Source of the DNA: Amoebidium appalachense
Lineage: Eukaryota > Protista > Ichthyosporea
DNA: 64,000 bases
Reading direction: 5' to 3'
NCBI GenBank assembly: GCA_963693365.1
Contig: CAVNZM010000001.1
Location: 18,791,625 to 18,855,624 of the forward strand
Below the pieces are notes generated by a model. That model was not told where the DNA came from. It did no database searches and worked only from the letters and a program-made list of their open reading frames with translations. Shown here piece by piece: positions 52,950-64,000 of this stretch. Numbering within the stretch: the stretch's first letter is position 1; each line of letters opens with the position of its first letter. A program made the position numbers and the translations under genes.

Positions 52950-55900
52950 AAGCCCCCTAGGCCTACCGGCGACAGACCGTGCGTACGTGCACGAGTTATT
53001 GAGTTATGACACAGACGTTGCACATGAATGATGACGGCCTTTTTTTACTACGTGACCCGCGGCCCACTAGGGTTGGGATGAAAGACGTTTTTCATAGAAG
53101 TATTGTTAATTTAATGGTCGTTTCTTAGCACTGGCTTGGTTGTTTACTGTGGTGTGACTGAAGCACACGCGGTTGAGAATCCCTACCCTATGAACCAATG
53201 ATATGGATGTAATGATTACCATATATGGATAGCTTAGCTGAGCCCCGAAAAATAAAGCTCCACCAGGCAACAGTGTTGCCATGTTATGATATATCTTGTG
53301 CCTATAATTTTTTCACCAAATACACTCTATGTTCTCTTCTCTTTCTTTTGACTGGATTTATTCTCTTCTCTTCCGCTTCAAATTCTGTGCACATGTCCCA
53401 TGCAGGCCCCGCCCCAACGGGGCGGGGGGGTACCTGTATTTACTAGTACATGTATGACCGTCACTCCTGAGCGGGTCTCAGTTGTCAGTCAGTTGGACAC
53501 AGGCACACATGAGGTCTTGCACTAAAGATGGGTCACAGGTTGAGACATAACCCGAGACTCCATAAACAGCGCATACCTTCATGCTGACCACCGCATACAC
53601 ACATATAACATAACATTTACAGTGGCTTTCTTTGTTCAGCCACGTGATAAGATAAGCGGGTATATTTTGGAATGTGAATGCCAGCCCAGATAAAAGGCTC
53701 ATCGTAAGGAATTTGGACAAAAGGCTTTTACCTGACTAATAGCCAATCAAAAGACGTAATTAAGGTTCTTGTTCTAAGCACCAATAACAATTTTCTTACG
53801 CGAAAATCGAAGCATTCCTGGAATAGATAAGCCCAATCAAAAAGAGGCAAGATCTAATTGAATGCCGATGAGTCATCATATGACTGCTCAATAAATAAAA
53901 AATAAAGCCTCAAAATTGATTATAAATGTATCTACATAGAGACAGAAAAAGAGCATTAATACTTCAAAGACAGAAAAATAAATAAACACAGACCTTATAT
54001 AAGCACTAGAGATACAAAACACCATAATGGCAACATTGATGTTTACGGGGTGAACCAGATCTATTCATACCAGGCTTCCCCTCCAGGGTGTGAAATTCGT
54101 TTTGGCGAATAGCACCTTTTCCCATATGCCCGCCACCAAACGTTATTAGGGGTATATTTTTACGTTTGTTTGTTGCAATTAGAACATTTATTATATAAAA
54201 TGGTGTACATAACCTCAAAAGTTATTACTAAAGGACAATTCGGTGTTTCAGGGATACAATATCAGATAAATCTCCCCCTCACTCAGGAAGCCAGATCCCC
54301 TGGTCAACTGATCATGACGACTCTTGGAGTCAATAGTACTAGTTTGTCGAGAGTGGCACGCACAGTACACAGGCCGACGGTCACCGCGTAGGTGAAGTGC
54401 CGTGGAGTGAATGCGGAGTTGTGGCCAAGCTACGCAAACATCATATCCTCAGGTGGAGGCGCTACAGGCCCGGTTGAGCGAGGACATGGCCATATCTATC
54501 GTAGGTTTCAGAGACTATATGCAGGGGCGGAGGGGGAGGGAAGGAGGGAGGTTAGGGAGAGAGGATGCGTGGGGGGGGTGGCGTGGGTGGGTGGGTGTGG
54601 GTGGGTGGGCCCGGGGGTTGTGCAAGGCCTCCTATAATAATTTAAGGAAAGAGGCCTTGGGGTGGTAGTGAGGGGGGGGGGGGGGGGGGGGGGGGTTGGA
54701 GGAGGAGGAGAAGCGGCTTTGTAGGTTGCAATCGAGAAAAGGAGCCGATGCGGAAATGGGCAAGATGGGCGGGAGGGAGGGAGGGGGAGATGATGAGAGA
54801 TCTAGATGGGCCGGGCGGGAGTGAGGGAGTAAGCCTCGGAGTGAGGGAGGCCGGCGGATGAAGGACGGCAGAGTAAGGTGGAGAGAGGGGGAGTGAGGAA
54901 GGAGGGGGGGCAGGGGCGAGGGAGGGCGTGAGGAGTCAGGACGGAACGTAGAGGTAGTGAGCGAGGGACGTAGCAAGGGAGGGAGGGAGGGAGTTGCAGA
55001 GGGGCATGAGGAGGGCCCGGTAGGGAAAGGGAGTGGGTCAGATGGGGGGGATTTGAAGGAGGAGAATCGAGAAAGAGGCAGAAAGGGAGAAGGGAGGGAG
55101 AGAAAGAGACCTACGATTGATAAGTCGCCTGTGAGCCACATATGTGGCTCATTCAAGCCGAACGAGCCACCAGAGTGGCCCGTTTCAGGCGACCCCCCCT
55201 ACAGCTTAGTGGTCGAGAGTCGCGCGCGCTTTCTTGGTATGCTCAGTTAGCTGCTGAAGTTTCCAGCCTTTTTTGTCTTTGGGCCAAGGTGATTGGTGTA
55301 ATAAAAGATGGTGCCAGCGCTTGCCAACAGTTAACAAGGGGTATCGTGTTTTTTCCGCATTCCTCGTCTGTCGCCAGATCAAAATTGGCCCAAGTCCCTC
55401 GGGAGCGGGTGAACCCCTGGAAAACGCTACATAGTGAACTCGATGAAAAGACAACACAAAGCCTTAAAACTTTGCCCCGGGCAAGCTACCACACTAGTTT
55501 TTGTTTCCTACTACTTCTTGAAGGGCCCGCGCTCCTTTGGGCGACCATATTTTGACAAAACCCAGAATTTGTCCGGAAAGCCCAGTCAGGTTCGACTGCG
55601 GACCCCAATCATCCGGTGGAAGAGGGCGACCCTCTACAGAACGCTACATATTGAACTCGATGAAAACACAACACAAAGTCTTGAAATTTTGTGACTACCA
55701 TGCCCACACTATTTTCTTTATTTGCTACTAATTACTCCATGGTGTAGCACACCGTGGGGAGACGATATTTGGCACGTAGCCAAAAATTCGTCCAGAAAAT
55801 CCAGTTTTTCGCTGGCAGCGCCAAGTTCGCAGCGCAGTATGCAGCAGTTACCAGAAAAAAACTTACGTGTTCTTGGTGTCCACGTGACCGTTAGGTTGTC

Positions 55901-56628
55901 ATGAACGTTGGTGTGCAGTTTTTTCCCTGGAGTTAGTGTTTTTACCACTATTTGTATAAGGATCGCGCTCAACTTGTCGAACGAGCGCTAGCCACTCAAA
56001 AGTGGCTGGATCTTGCCGGCGGCTTATCAGGATGTGTGGGCCGTGCATTTGGTTGCTCAGGGATATTATTTCTGGAGAACAGGAGGGATGGAGAGAGGAA
56101 AGGTTGATAGGAGAGAGCGGTGGACGCGCGCGCGGTGGGGACAGGGAGGGGGGGAGGGGGGGAGGGAGGGGGAAGTTATGCCCTGCAGGATAATATGTTC
56201 AGATCATGCACAGGAGCTTGAGAGATAGACACGTGTGTTGAGAGACACGTGTGTTGAGAGACACGTGGCAGGGACGAACTGGTTCTAGAAATTATGTTTT
56301 TACTAGCTCTTTCCTTTTCTGACTGGGAGGTTCGGTTTGAGAAGACGGGTGTATGAATGGAGATTTAGAAGGGAGTCCTGGGTTGTACGATGGCCGTACT
56401 GGGAAGACCCTAATGTCTTGGAGTATGATGAAGCTTTGGGGCGGACTGAAGGAAAAACTGATATGTTCCGCAAAAGGCATAATATTAATGCCCTGGAAAA
56501 CAGCGACCGTTAAAGCATCACCTGCCTCCAGTGTTAACTCTGGGGTATGGGACTATATATCCCGATGGGTGTTGAACGAGAAGGGAGAAATTCAGGGCCC
56601 AACCACATCGGCTGAGTCAACTTGCTCC

Positions 56629-56805
56629 GAGCAGAATAAAAAGCAGAATTATTCTGCAAAAGCAGAAACACCCTGCTTTTTAGCAGAATTATTCTGCAAA
56701 AGCAGAATCAATCTGCTAAAAGCAGAATCAATCTTCTCAAAGCAGAATTATTCTGCTTTTAGCAGAATTATTCCGATAATATCGCATAGCAGATTTATTC
56801 TGCTA
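56629..56805. repeat. Palindromic repeat cluster (AGCAGAATTATTCTGC)
   Basis: About 8-9 direct and inverted copies of AGCAGAAT/ATTCTGCT, bounded by AGCAGAATAAA...TTTATTCTGCT. Confidence 0.8.
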
Positions 56806-57144
56806 CTACAATAAGGGGCGCGGCACATGGTCGACGTGACGTCATCAAAGATGACGTCACCTCGACCATTATCCGCACCCCTTAGGATATGGGATATGTG
56901 AATATGAGATATGTGATATCTGTGTACACATATCGCGATATGGGATATGTGATATGGGTGGATATATGTACATGAGCACGTGCACACACTGTGTGTGTGT
57001 AAAACACGTGCAGAGCACGTGGTTTTAATTAAAGAATTAAACAATTAAAGAGAGAGAGGGCGGAACACGTGTACGCGTACGTGTACGCGTACATGTGGTG
57101 CGTACATGTACACAAGTGCGGATCAAAGGAATGCGAAGGTTTGC

Positions 57145-57356
57145 GCAAGGCGTCCAATGGGAATTCGAATTCTGAATTCCATGTACAAGGCGTCCAATGG
57201 TATTACGGATGCGCAGGGCGGCCAATGATAATTCGGCTCAAAAAAGCAAATTGCCGCACAAGGCGTCCAATGAGCATTAAGGACAGCACATTCCATCCCC
57301 AAAGCGTCCAATGAGCGCCCGGATCGGTCTATCTGGGTCTCTTATTGGACGCCTTA
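57145..57356 (+). promoter_or_regulatory. Array of CCAAT-containing motifs upstream of pPolB
   Basis: GCGTCCAATG at ~57150, 57190, 57263 and 57304; GGCCAATG at ~57219; inverted ATTGGACGCC at ~57344. Confidence 0.55.
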
Positions 57357-57591
57357 GGTACACAGGCGGCCGCCGCGACCACACACACACAAACAAACAC
57401 GCACAGACGTTGTTTTTTTGCAAGATGTTTGCTTTGGAGATTTATTGCACAGGCACAGGCTTGTTATTTTGCATACCGTTCTTTATTGAGGCGTTGCCCT
57501 GGCACAGCCAGGATTAGCCTAGTAATTATTAAGTAGATTGATACTTGAGATTTATAAGATTACAGCCTGAGATCTAAGGTTACATTTCAAG

Positions 57592-60500
57592 ATGTTCAGA
57601 GAGAGCCAGGAAGAGTTTGAAGATGACCTGTTGCGGGCACTGGATGCCGACCCGCAACAGGTCCTGCAAGCCCACCCGTTTCTGCAGGCCATGTTGGCCC
57701 CACCACCCCCACCCCCACCCCTCCCCGGCCTCCCCCCGGCCCCCACCCCCATCAACCACCCCGATGACCCCCAGATCATGGCCATGCCCGCCGAGGGCAA
57801 CTGGCGGCTGCGTTCCCGTGTCGATGACATGCAGGCACGGGGACTGGGTGTGCGTGGTCACACCCTCGAGTACCAACCCCTGCGCACCCTTGACGTCACC
57901 GAGTTCCCCCAGTTCTTTGCAGCCATGCTGTTCGATGCCATTGCCCGTGCAGACGTGCAGGCGGGGGACATGCTGATTGTGCGTATCATCAGCCTGCACG
58001 TGCAGGCCAACGGTGTGGACAACCAGGTGGGGGATGACGGCAACCCCAATGCCGATGTGACCAACCGTCGTGTGTTTACGGCCGGCCCCATGGACGTGTT
58101 CAATGGTGATGTCAACGCCGTGGTGCTCAAGCTGATGGAGAACATACGTCAACGTACCCAGAGTGCAGCCGAGACCTTCATGGACGGCAGATCCAGCGTG
58201 CATCTGACAGTGGCCCGGCCCAAGGACATGGTGAGGAGGGGGGCCTGCGGCACCCTGTCCACCACCACGGGGGTGAATGCACGGTGGCTGCAGGATCTGG
58301 TGGAGGCCAAGGCCGTGGTGGATGTGACCGCCCTGGTGCAGGATGCCTGCACCACCGACGACCCACAGGTGACCGGGGAGACCTGCCTGGACCATCAGCA
58401 GCTTCACGGCTTTGCCTACGGCCCCAACTGTGCCCAGCTGTGCCTGGTGTACTGCATGGTGATGTGGCTCAAGAAGGCAGCCAATGGCAATGAGCAGGCC
58501 AACCTGCCCACCGAGCACACACGCAAGGCGCTGGGCAAGGGGGGGCAACCTCATGGATCGCAAGGACCACCACGTGCTGTGCCACCTGCTGACCCCGGGG
58601 GATGTGCTGGGGGTGGGCAACGTCGTCAGATCTTCCGGTTGTGGGGTGTGCAACCTGCTGATGCCCCCACCCAACTACCGTGCCTCCTTCCAGGACCGTT
58701 ACCTGCGGAGACTGGTGAGGGCAACCCGTGTGCTGTGGGCCAAGTACGACCTGCCCGTGCCTGCAGAGGACGGCCTGACGGTGGATGAGCTGCCAGTGGG
58801 TGCAGCCGTGGATGCCCTCAACACGGCCATTGCCGAGCAGCCCGAGTCCGTCACCCGCCTGCGGCTGGTGGTGGTGGACATGGACAGCAAGGGCAGGGTG
58901 CTACGCCGGTACGGGGACCTGAGCACGGCCCTGCCCCCTGGCAAGCTGTGCACCATGTACTTGGCCCACTCCCAGAAGCTGGGGCACTTCACGGCCATCA
59001 CCTCGAGTGTCAGCACGGCCATCGAGCGCCTGCGGCACGACAACCACACGGGGGAGGCACGTCGGAGCCTCGGCACCTGCTTCCACTGCAACCAGACCGT
59101 GCAAGCCAAGAACATGGGGGTGCACCGTTGTGTGAACCGGTGTGAGAACTGTGGATCAAAGGGGGACCGCAACGACCAGGCCAACGCCTGTGTGTGGACC
59201 CCCGAGCGCCGTCTGCAGCTTGCACGGGGAGGGGAGGAGGCATGGCCTTACCGTTGTGACGACTGCTGTGGTCTCTTCCCTTCAGCCAAGTGCATGGCCA
59301 ACCACAGCACCAGGCTCAAGGGGGTGGGGGCCAGGGCCGACGGCCGGCAACAATCCTTCTGTGACACCGTGTTCTGGTGCCGGCTGGCCACGTGCACCCA
59401 TGGTCTGCAGGGGTACCAGGTGTTTGGCAGTGGGGATGATGCCCGTAGGGTGTGTGTGTCGGGCAACCCTGCCGGCCGGTTCATCTACAAGTTCAAGTAC
59501 GCCAGCGTGTGCCGGCTACGTCGGCTGCACACCGCCCAGGAGCAAGGGGGGTACGATGCAGGTGCAGATGCGGGAGCCAACGACGAGGGGGAGGGCTGGA
59601 GCTGGGGCACGGACACGGAGGAGGACTCGGATGCCGAGGATGCCGACTCAGACCCCCCACCCAGCCTTGCCGACTCGTCGGACGACGAAGGTGACGATGA
59701 TGACAACGGCGATGGCATCGACCTCATGCAGATGTCTGAGGGGGAGGGGGATGACGGGGGTCAGCACGGGGGCAAGAAGAAGGACGACACGTGGACACAG
59801 CACCTGTGCACCGACTACGACTGCAAGGGGTGTGGGGGGTACATGCCCGGCAACCACACGTGCCTCATACGCAGCAAGCGTGACCAGCGACGTGTGTACA
59901 TGTGCACGCACACGGATGCAGACGGCACGGCGGGCGACAGGGTGGCATGCTACTCCAACGAGCATGGGCAGGGGGAGGAGGGGGAGGAGGGGGAGGGGGA
60001 GGGGGAGGGGTCACCTGCACGGCAGAGGGCCAGGGTGGATGGTGCCGACGGCAGGGTGGGTGCACACGTGTGCAAACGGCACGTGCCCGACGACGATGGC
60101 AGCAGGGGGCCGTGGAAGCAGACCCGACAGCCCATCAGGGACATCGTGCTGGACTTCGAGACCATGCCCGTGCCTGCCCCCGACCACACGGCCGAAAACC
60201 CCCACTTCATCCACATCGTGTACCATGCAGTGGCCATGTACGTCGAGCCAATGGACGGCCAGCCCTCAACCCCCATCGTCTTCTGGCCGGAGGACTCTGC
60301 CGACGGCAAGAACGGGTGGGATGTGCTGCTGGAGGACCACCACCACGTGATTGACAAGGTGGTGGCATGGCTGTTCGACACACCAGCCCATGCCGGCGGC
60401 CGGGTGTACTGCCACAACGGCAGTGGCTTTGACTTCCACTTTGTGACCAAGAGGGTGGTGGGCAGCCAGGACTACGTGTACGTGCCCATCATGGCCAACA

Positions 60501-63246
60501 GCAAGATCAAGTCCTGCCGTATACGCCACTACGTCAAGAATGCCGGTGCACCAGCAGCCCCCGTGCCCATGCGGGTGGATGGTGATGGTGATGGTGATGG
60601 TGATGGTGCCGATGGCCATGGCCATGGCCACGATGGCAATGGCCATGGTGATGGCCATGGTGATGGCCATGGTGATGGCCATGGTGATGGCCATGGTGAT
60701 GTGCAGCAGGCAGCAGCAGCAGCAGGCGCCGGCCGGAAGAGGAGGCACGGGGGGCAGAGGGGGGACGGCAGCCGCACGACGGTGGTGGAGCTGACGTTCG
60801 TGGACACCCTCAACTTCCTCACCATGCCGCTGTCGGACGCCGGCAAGGCCATGGGCTGCCAGGAGACGAAGGGCCACTTCCCCCACCGTGCAGCCACCTT
60901 TGCCAACTTCAAGGCCGGCCACATCCCCTTCCCCGGGCCCGAGGACTTTGGGGCCCAGGACATGAAGCCCAAGCAGCATGCTGCCTTCATGTAGTGGTGG
61001 CGGGAGGAGCAGGCACGGCTGCAGGGGCAGGCACCGGCGGGCACGTGCTACGACATTGCCCAGCAGTGCGAGGACTACTGTGTCAAGGATGTGGTGCTGC
61101 TGCAGCAGGTGGTCAAGGCCTTCATGTCGAAACTCATCGAGCTGACGGGCATCGACCCCTTCACGTGCGTCACCCTTGCTTCCCTCGCCATGCACTTCTG
61201 GATCACGCAGGCCATGCCCAAGGACGTGGCCGTGATGCGTGACCAGACCATGGGCAACGTGAACAGCAGCAAGAAGGAGCAGGAGTACATCGACTACGTC
61301 ACCCACGGCCTGGGGGTGGGGCCAGACGACGTGGCACGGCACGTGGCCACCGGGTACGACCCCCACGGCAGGGCCACGGCCGATGCCAAGGCCACCCACG
61401 ACGACGGCACGTGCACCTACTACTTCTTCCACGGGTGCGTGTTCCATGGGTGCCCCGACTGCAACAGGCACGAGGACATGACGATGAGGGTGGTGAAGAG
61501 GCCGGCCAGGGAGGCCTACGACAGCACCATGGCCCACGAGAGGTACATCCGTGCCCAGGGGCACAAGGTGCAGAGCATGTGGGAGTGCAGGTGGGACAGG
61601 CTGAGGCAGAGCCCCGAGGTCAAGGCTGCCCTTGCAGCACAGGCGGCACGGAGGGAGGGCACCGGCAGGGTGGCCCCCGTGCCCACGGGCCCGGTGCAGT
61701 TCCGTGATGCCTTCTTTGGTGGCCGTACGGAGGTCATCACCCGTCACATCGAGGTCAAGGAGGAGGACTGGCCGGAGGCCGGGCTCAAGTACGTCGACGT
61801 CACCTCCCTCTACCCGTACGTGATGATTGACAAGTACATGCCGGTGGGCAAGTCACAGTGGTTCACGTCACTGCCCATCAAGACGGAGGACCACCCCACG
61901 GCCATCGTCACGGATGCCCAGGTGCTGAAGGAGAGGCTCGACAAGACGTGCCGTATGACCCCCGGCTCCCCCCAGGCCAGGACCAAGGGGTACTTTGGTG
62001 TTGCACGTGTGAGGGTGCTCCCCCCCAAGGACCTGTTCATCCCTGTGCTGCCTGTGCGTATGACGGGTGCCCAGGGGTACGACAAGCTGGGCTTTGTGCT
62101 GTGCAGGGCCTGCAGCAGCAAGGAGGAGGCCCGGGCCACCTGCATGGACGAGGACGGCAACCCCAGGGTACGTGAGCACACACTGTGCACACACACGGAC
62201 GAGGAGAGGGCACTGGTGGGCACGTGGACGACGGAGGAGCTGAAGGTGGCCGTGCGTGATGGGTACACCATCCTCGACGTGTACGACGTGGTGCACTTCA
62301 AGAAACGCACCAAGAACCTCTTCCGGAAGTACGTGCAGACGTTCCTGAAGGTGAAGCTCACCAGCACCACCGTAGATCCGGCCGACATCCCCGCCCTCGT
62401 GCACCTGTTCAAGGAACACTACGGCATCACGGTGGCCGCCCACGAGTTCGAGCCCAACCCGGCCCTGCGTACCATCAGCAAGCTGTTTCTGAACAGCCTC
62501 TGGGGCAAGCTGGTGCAGAGGGCAGGGCTGGACACCATCGAGTTTGTCGACGACGTCGACAGGCTGAGGCTGCTGGTGACGAACCCCAACCTGCTGGTGC
62601 TCGACGTCGAGCCTATCGGTGAGCAGAGGGTGGCCATCAAGTACCGGCCCAAGAAGGAGACGGCCCCACCCCCCTCCTACGCCAACATTGCCATCGGCAC
62701 GTTCGTGACGGCCCATGCCCGGCTGCACCTCTACGGGGCCCTCCGGTCCCTCTCCCCCCAGCAGGTGGTGTACATGGACACCGACTCCATCGTCTACCAC
62801 TACGACAGCAGGGTGCCCCACCTCAGCCACAACATCGACTCCACCAACGGGGACTTGCTGGGCAACTGGAAGAACGAGACGTCGACACCCATCGTCGAGT
62901 TTGTGGGGGTGGCCCCCAAGACATATGCCTACCGCACCCAGGACGGCAAGACCGACGTGAAGGTCAAGGGCATCACCCTGTCCCGCCGGGCGGCCGACAT
63001 GGTGAACCTCCCCAGCCTGCGCATGCTGGTGCACGGCGAGCTGCCGAGTGTGAGCGTCACCAACCACCGGCTGCTGCGGGAGCCCGTGCCCGGGGTCCCC
63101 CACAACTACCACCTGGCCAGCAAGGACCAGCGCAAGACACAGTCGGGGGCGTTCGACAAGAGGGGGGGGTGTTCGAGGCGGCCGACGGCAGTGTACGCAG
63201 CTACCCCATCGGGTGGGCGGCACCGGAGGGGAACCTGCAGTTTTGA
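57592..63246 (+). pseudogene. polB: Protein-primed DNA polymerase B of a Polinton/adintovirus-like element (~1880 aa when repaired)
   Basis: Exo I VLDFET, Exo II HNGSGFDFHF, FVDTLNF..KGHFPH, Exo III YCVKDV; polymerase motifs YVDVTSLYP, KLFLNSLWGK, YMDTDS, PKTY, KVKG; C-terminal FDKR...SYPIGW. Lesions: frameshifts in G-runs 58539-58545 and 63162-63169, and an in-frame TAG at 60992-60994. Confidence 0.93.
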
Positions 63247-63709
63247 GTGGGGGGAGGGGGTAGGGGGGAGGGAGGGGGGTCAGTTAGGAGGTAGTCTAGC
63301 AGTGGAAAATTATGTGGTGTGTTTGTTAACTTAGCATTAGAAGAAAGAAAAATGGGGTGCAGAGTGCACGGGCAGGGGGGTCACCGGCAGAAGAGGAAAA
63401 AGATGGTGTTTTTAGGCATACACCACGTGCACCGTATGCACGAGGGGAGGCAGCCAATAAATTCAGAGCTTAATGCAAAACCAAGCATGTCCAATTTGTC
63501 CTTCGGCAAAAGCAACACCAACACCGGAACCATACAAGTGTACAAGGGCGGGAGGCTTGCCAAAAAGAGCAGGCACCAGCACATATAAAAGGCACACACG
63601 TGTGCACAGACACGTCACTTTTTTCCAACACAAAAACAGTCAACATCACGAATTAGGTGAACTTCGGCCGAAACACACACACACACACACACACTGACAC
63701 GGAAAAAAA

Positions 63710-63836
63710 ATGGACGAAGACACGTTGCTAAGTATGGTGGCCAACACCACGGACCCTGAGAAGCTGCTAGACCTGTGCCCCTTCCTCTACGACATGTACT
63801 GCAACACCACCACACAGCCACGGCCACGGCCACAGA
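63710..63836 (+). pseudogene. 5' part of a second probable Polinton/virus gene, apparently interrupted
   Basis: AAAAAAAATG start and polB-like codon usage (MDEDTLLSMVANTTDPEKLLDLCPFLYDMYCN...); composition changes abruptly at ~63837. Confidence 0.4.
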
Positions 63837-64000
63837 CACCATCAGCAAACTTCATCCGGCAGCCGAAACCCATCTTATATATCATTTTGATATATGGCAT
63901 ACCAAACCCCACCCTAAATACGTCAAAAAGAGCCTGACAAGATATCATAACATTCCCGGGTAGAACCCATCAGATCCCTATCAATGATATCTTTGATAGG
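63837..64000. mobile_element. Left end of another ATCAGCAAAC-type TIR element (runs off the window)
   Basis: ATCAGCAAAC at 63841 matches the TIR core at 409-418 and is followed by the same GATATC/CATCT-rich subterminal sequence. Confidence 0.55.

Noticed and set aside
54632-55250. Pro/Ser/Leu-rich minus-strand ORF, possible LINE remnant
   Set aside because: Low-complexity purine tract with only a vague HFRIGSF word; no RT or endonuclease motif.
57580-63223. Long antisense and alternative-frame ORFs over polB (364, 402, 493 and 451 aa)
   Set aside because: Expected shadows of a GC3-rich coding strand; no motifs.
63247-63334. ORF-track C-terminus of polB (…GGCSRRPT…VCLLT)
   Set aside because: Results from the G-run frameshift at 63162-63169; the conserved-looking end (SYPIGW) is in another frame and stops at 63246.

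Overview
Eukaryotic genomic DNA with introns full of (CA)n/(TG)n, poly-G/poly-C and poly-A runs; most ORF-track entries (HTHT/CVCV/PPPP) are repeat artefacts. Three spliced host genes were reconstructed by hand: a cis-prenyltransferase (DHDDS/RER2, minus, 15430-25517), PIG-C/GPI2 (minus, 28001-34343) and a divergently transcribed TPR-like gene (plus, about 35657-47457). The left 14 kb is a nest of mobile elements: a DIRS retrotransposon split by an 8-kb TIR element, and a deleted LINE carrying a Copia-type TRIM. The right end is a disrupted gene for a very large (~1880 aa) protein-primed DNA polymerase B of a Polinton/adintovirus-like element that strongly avoids CGC/GCG. The most unusual signal is in DHDDS intron 4: four copies of a ~160-nt structured RNA with compensatory changes and a pseudoknot, plus a second ~310-nt folded candidate. 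I could not assign either to a known family. A spliced zinc-ribbon uORF also sits in frame just upstream of PIG-C. The overall style suggests an ichthyosporean such as Amoebidium (inference only). All coordinates, folds and counts were made by eye; no database searches were run.
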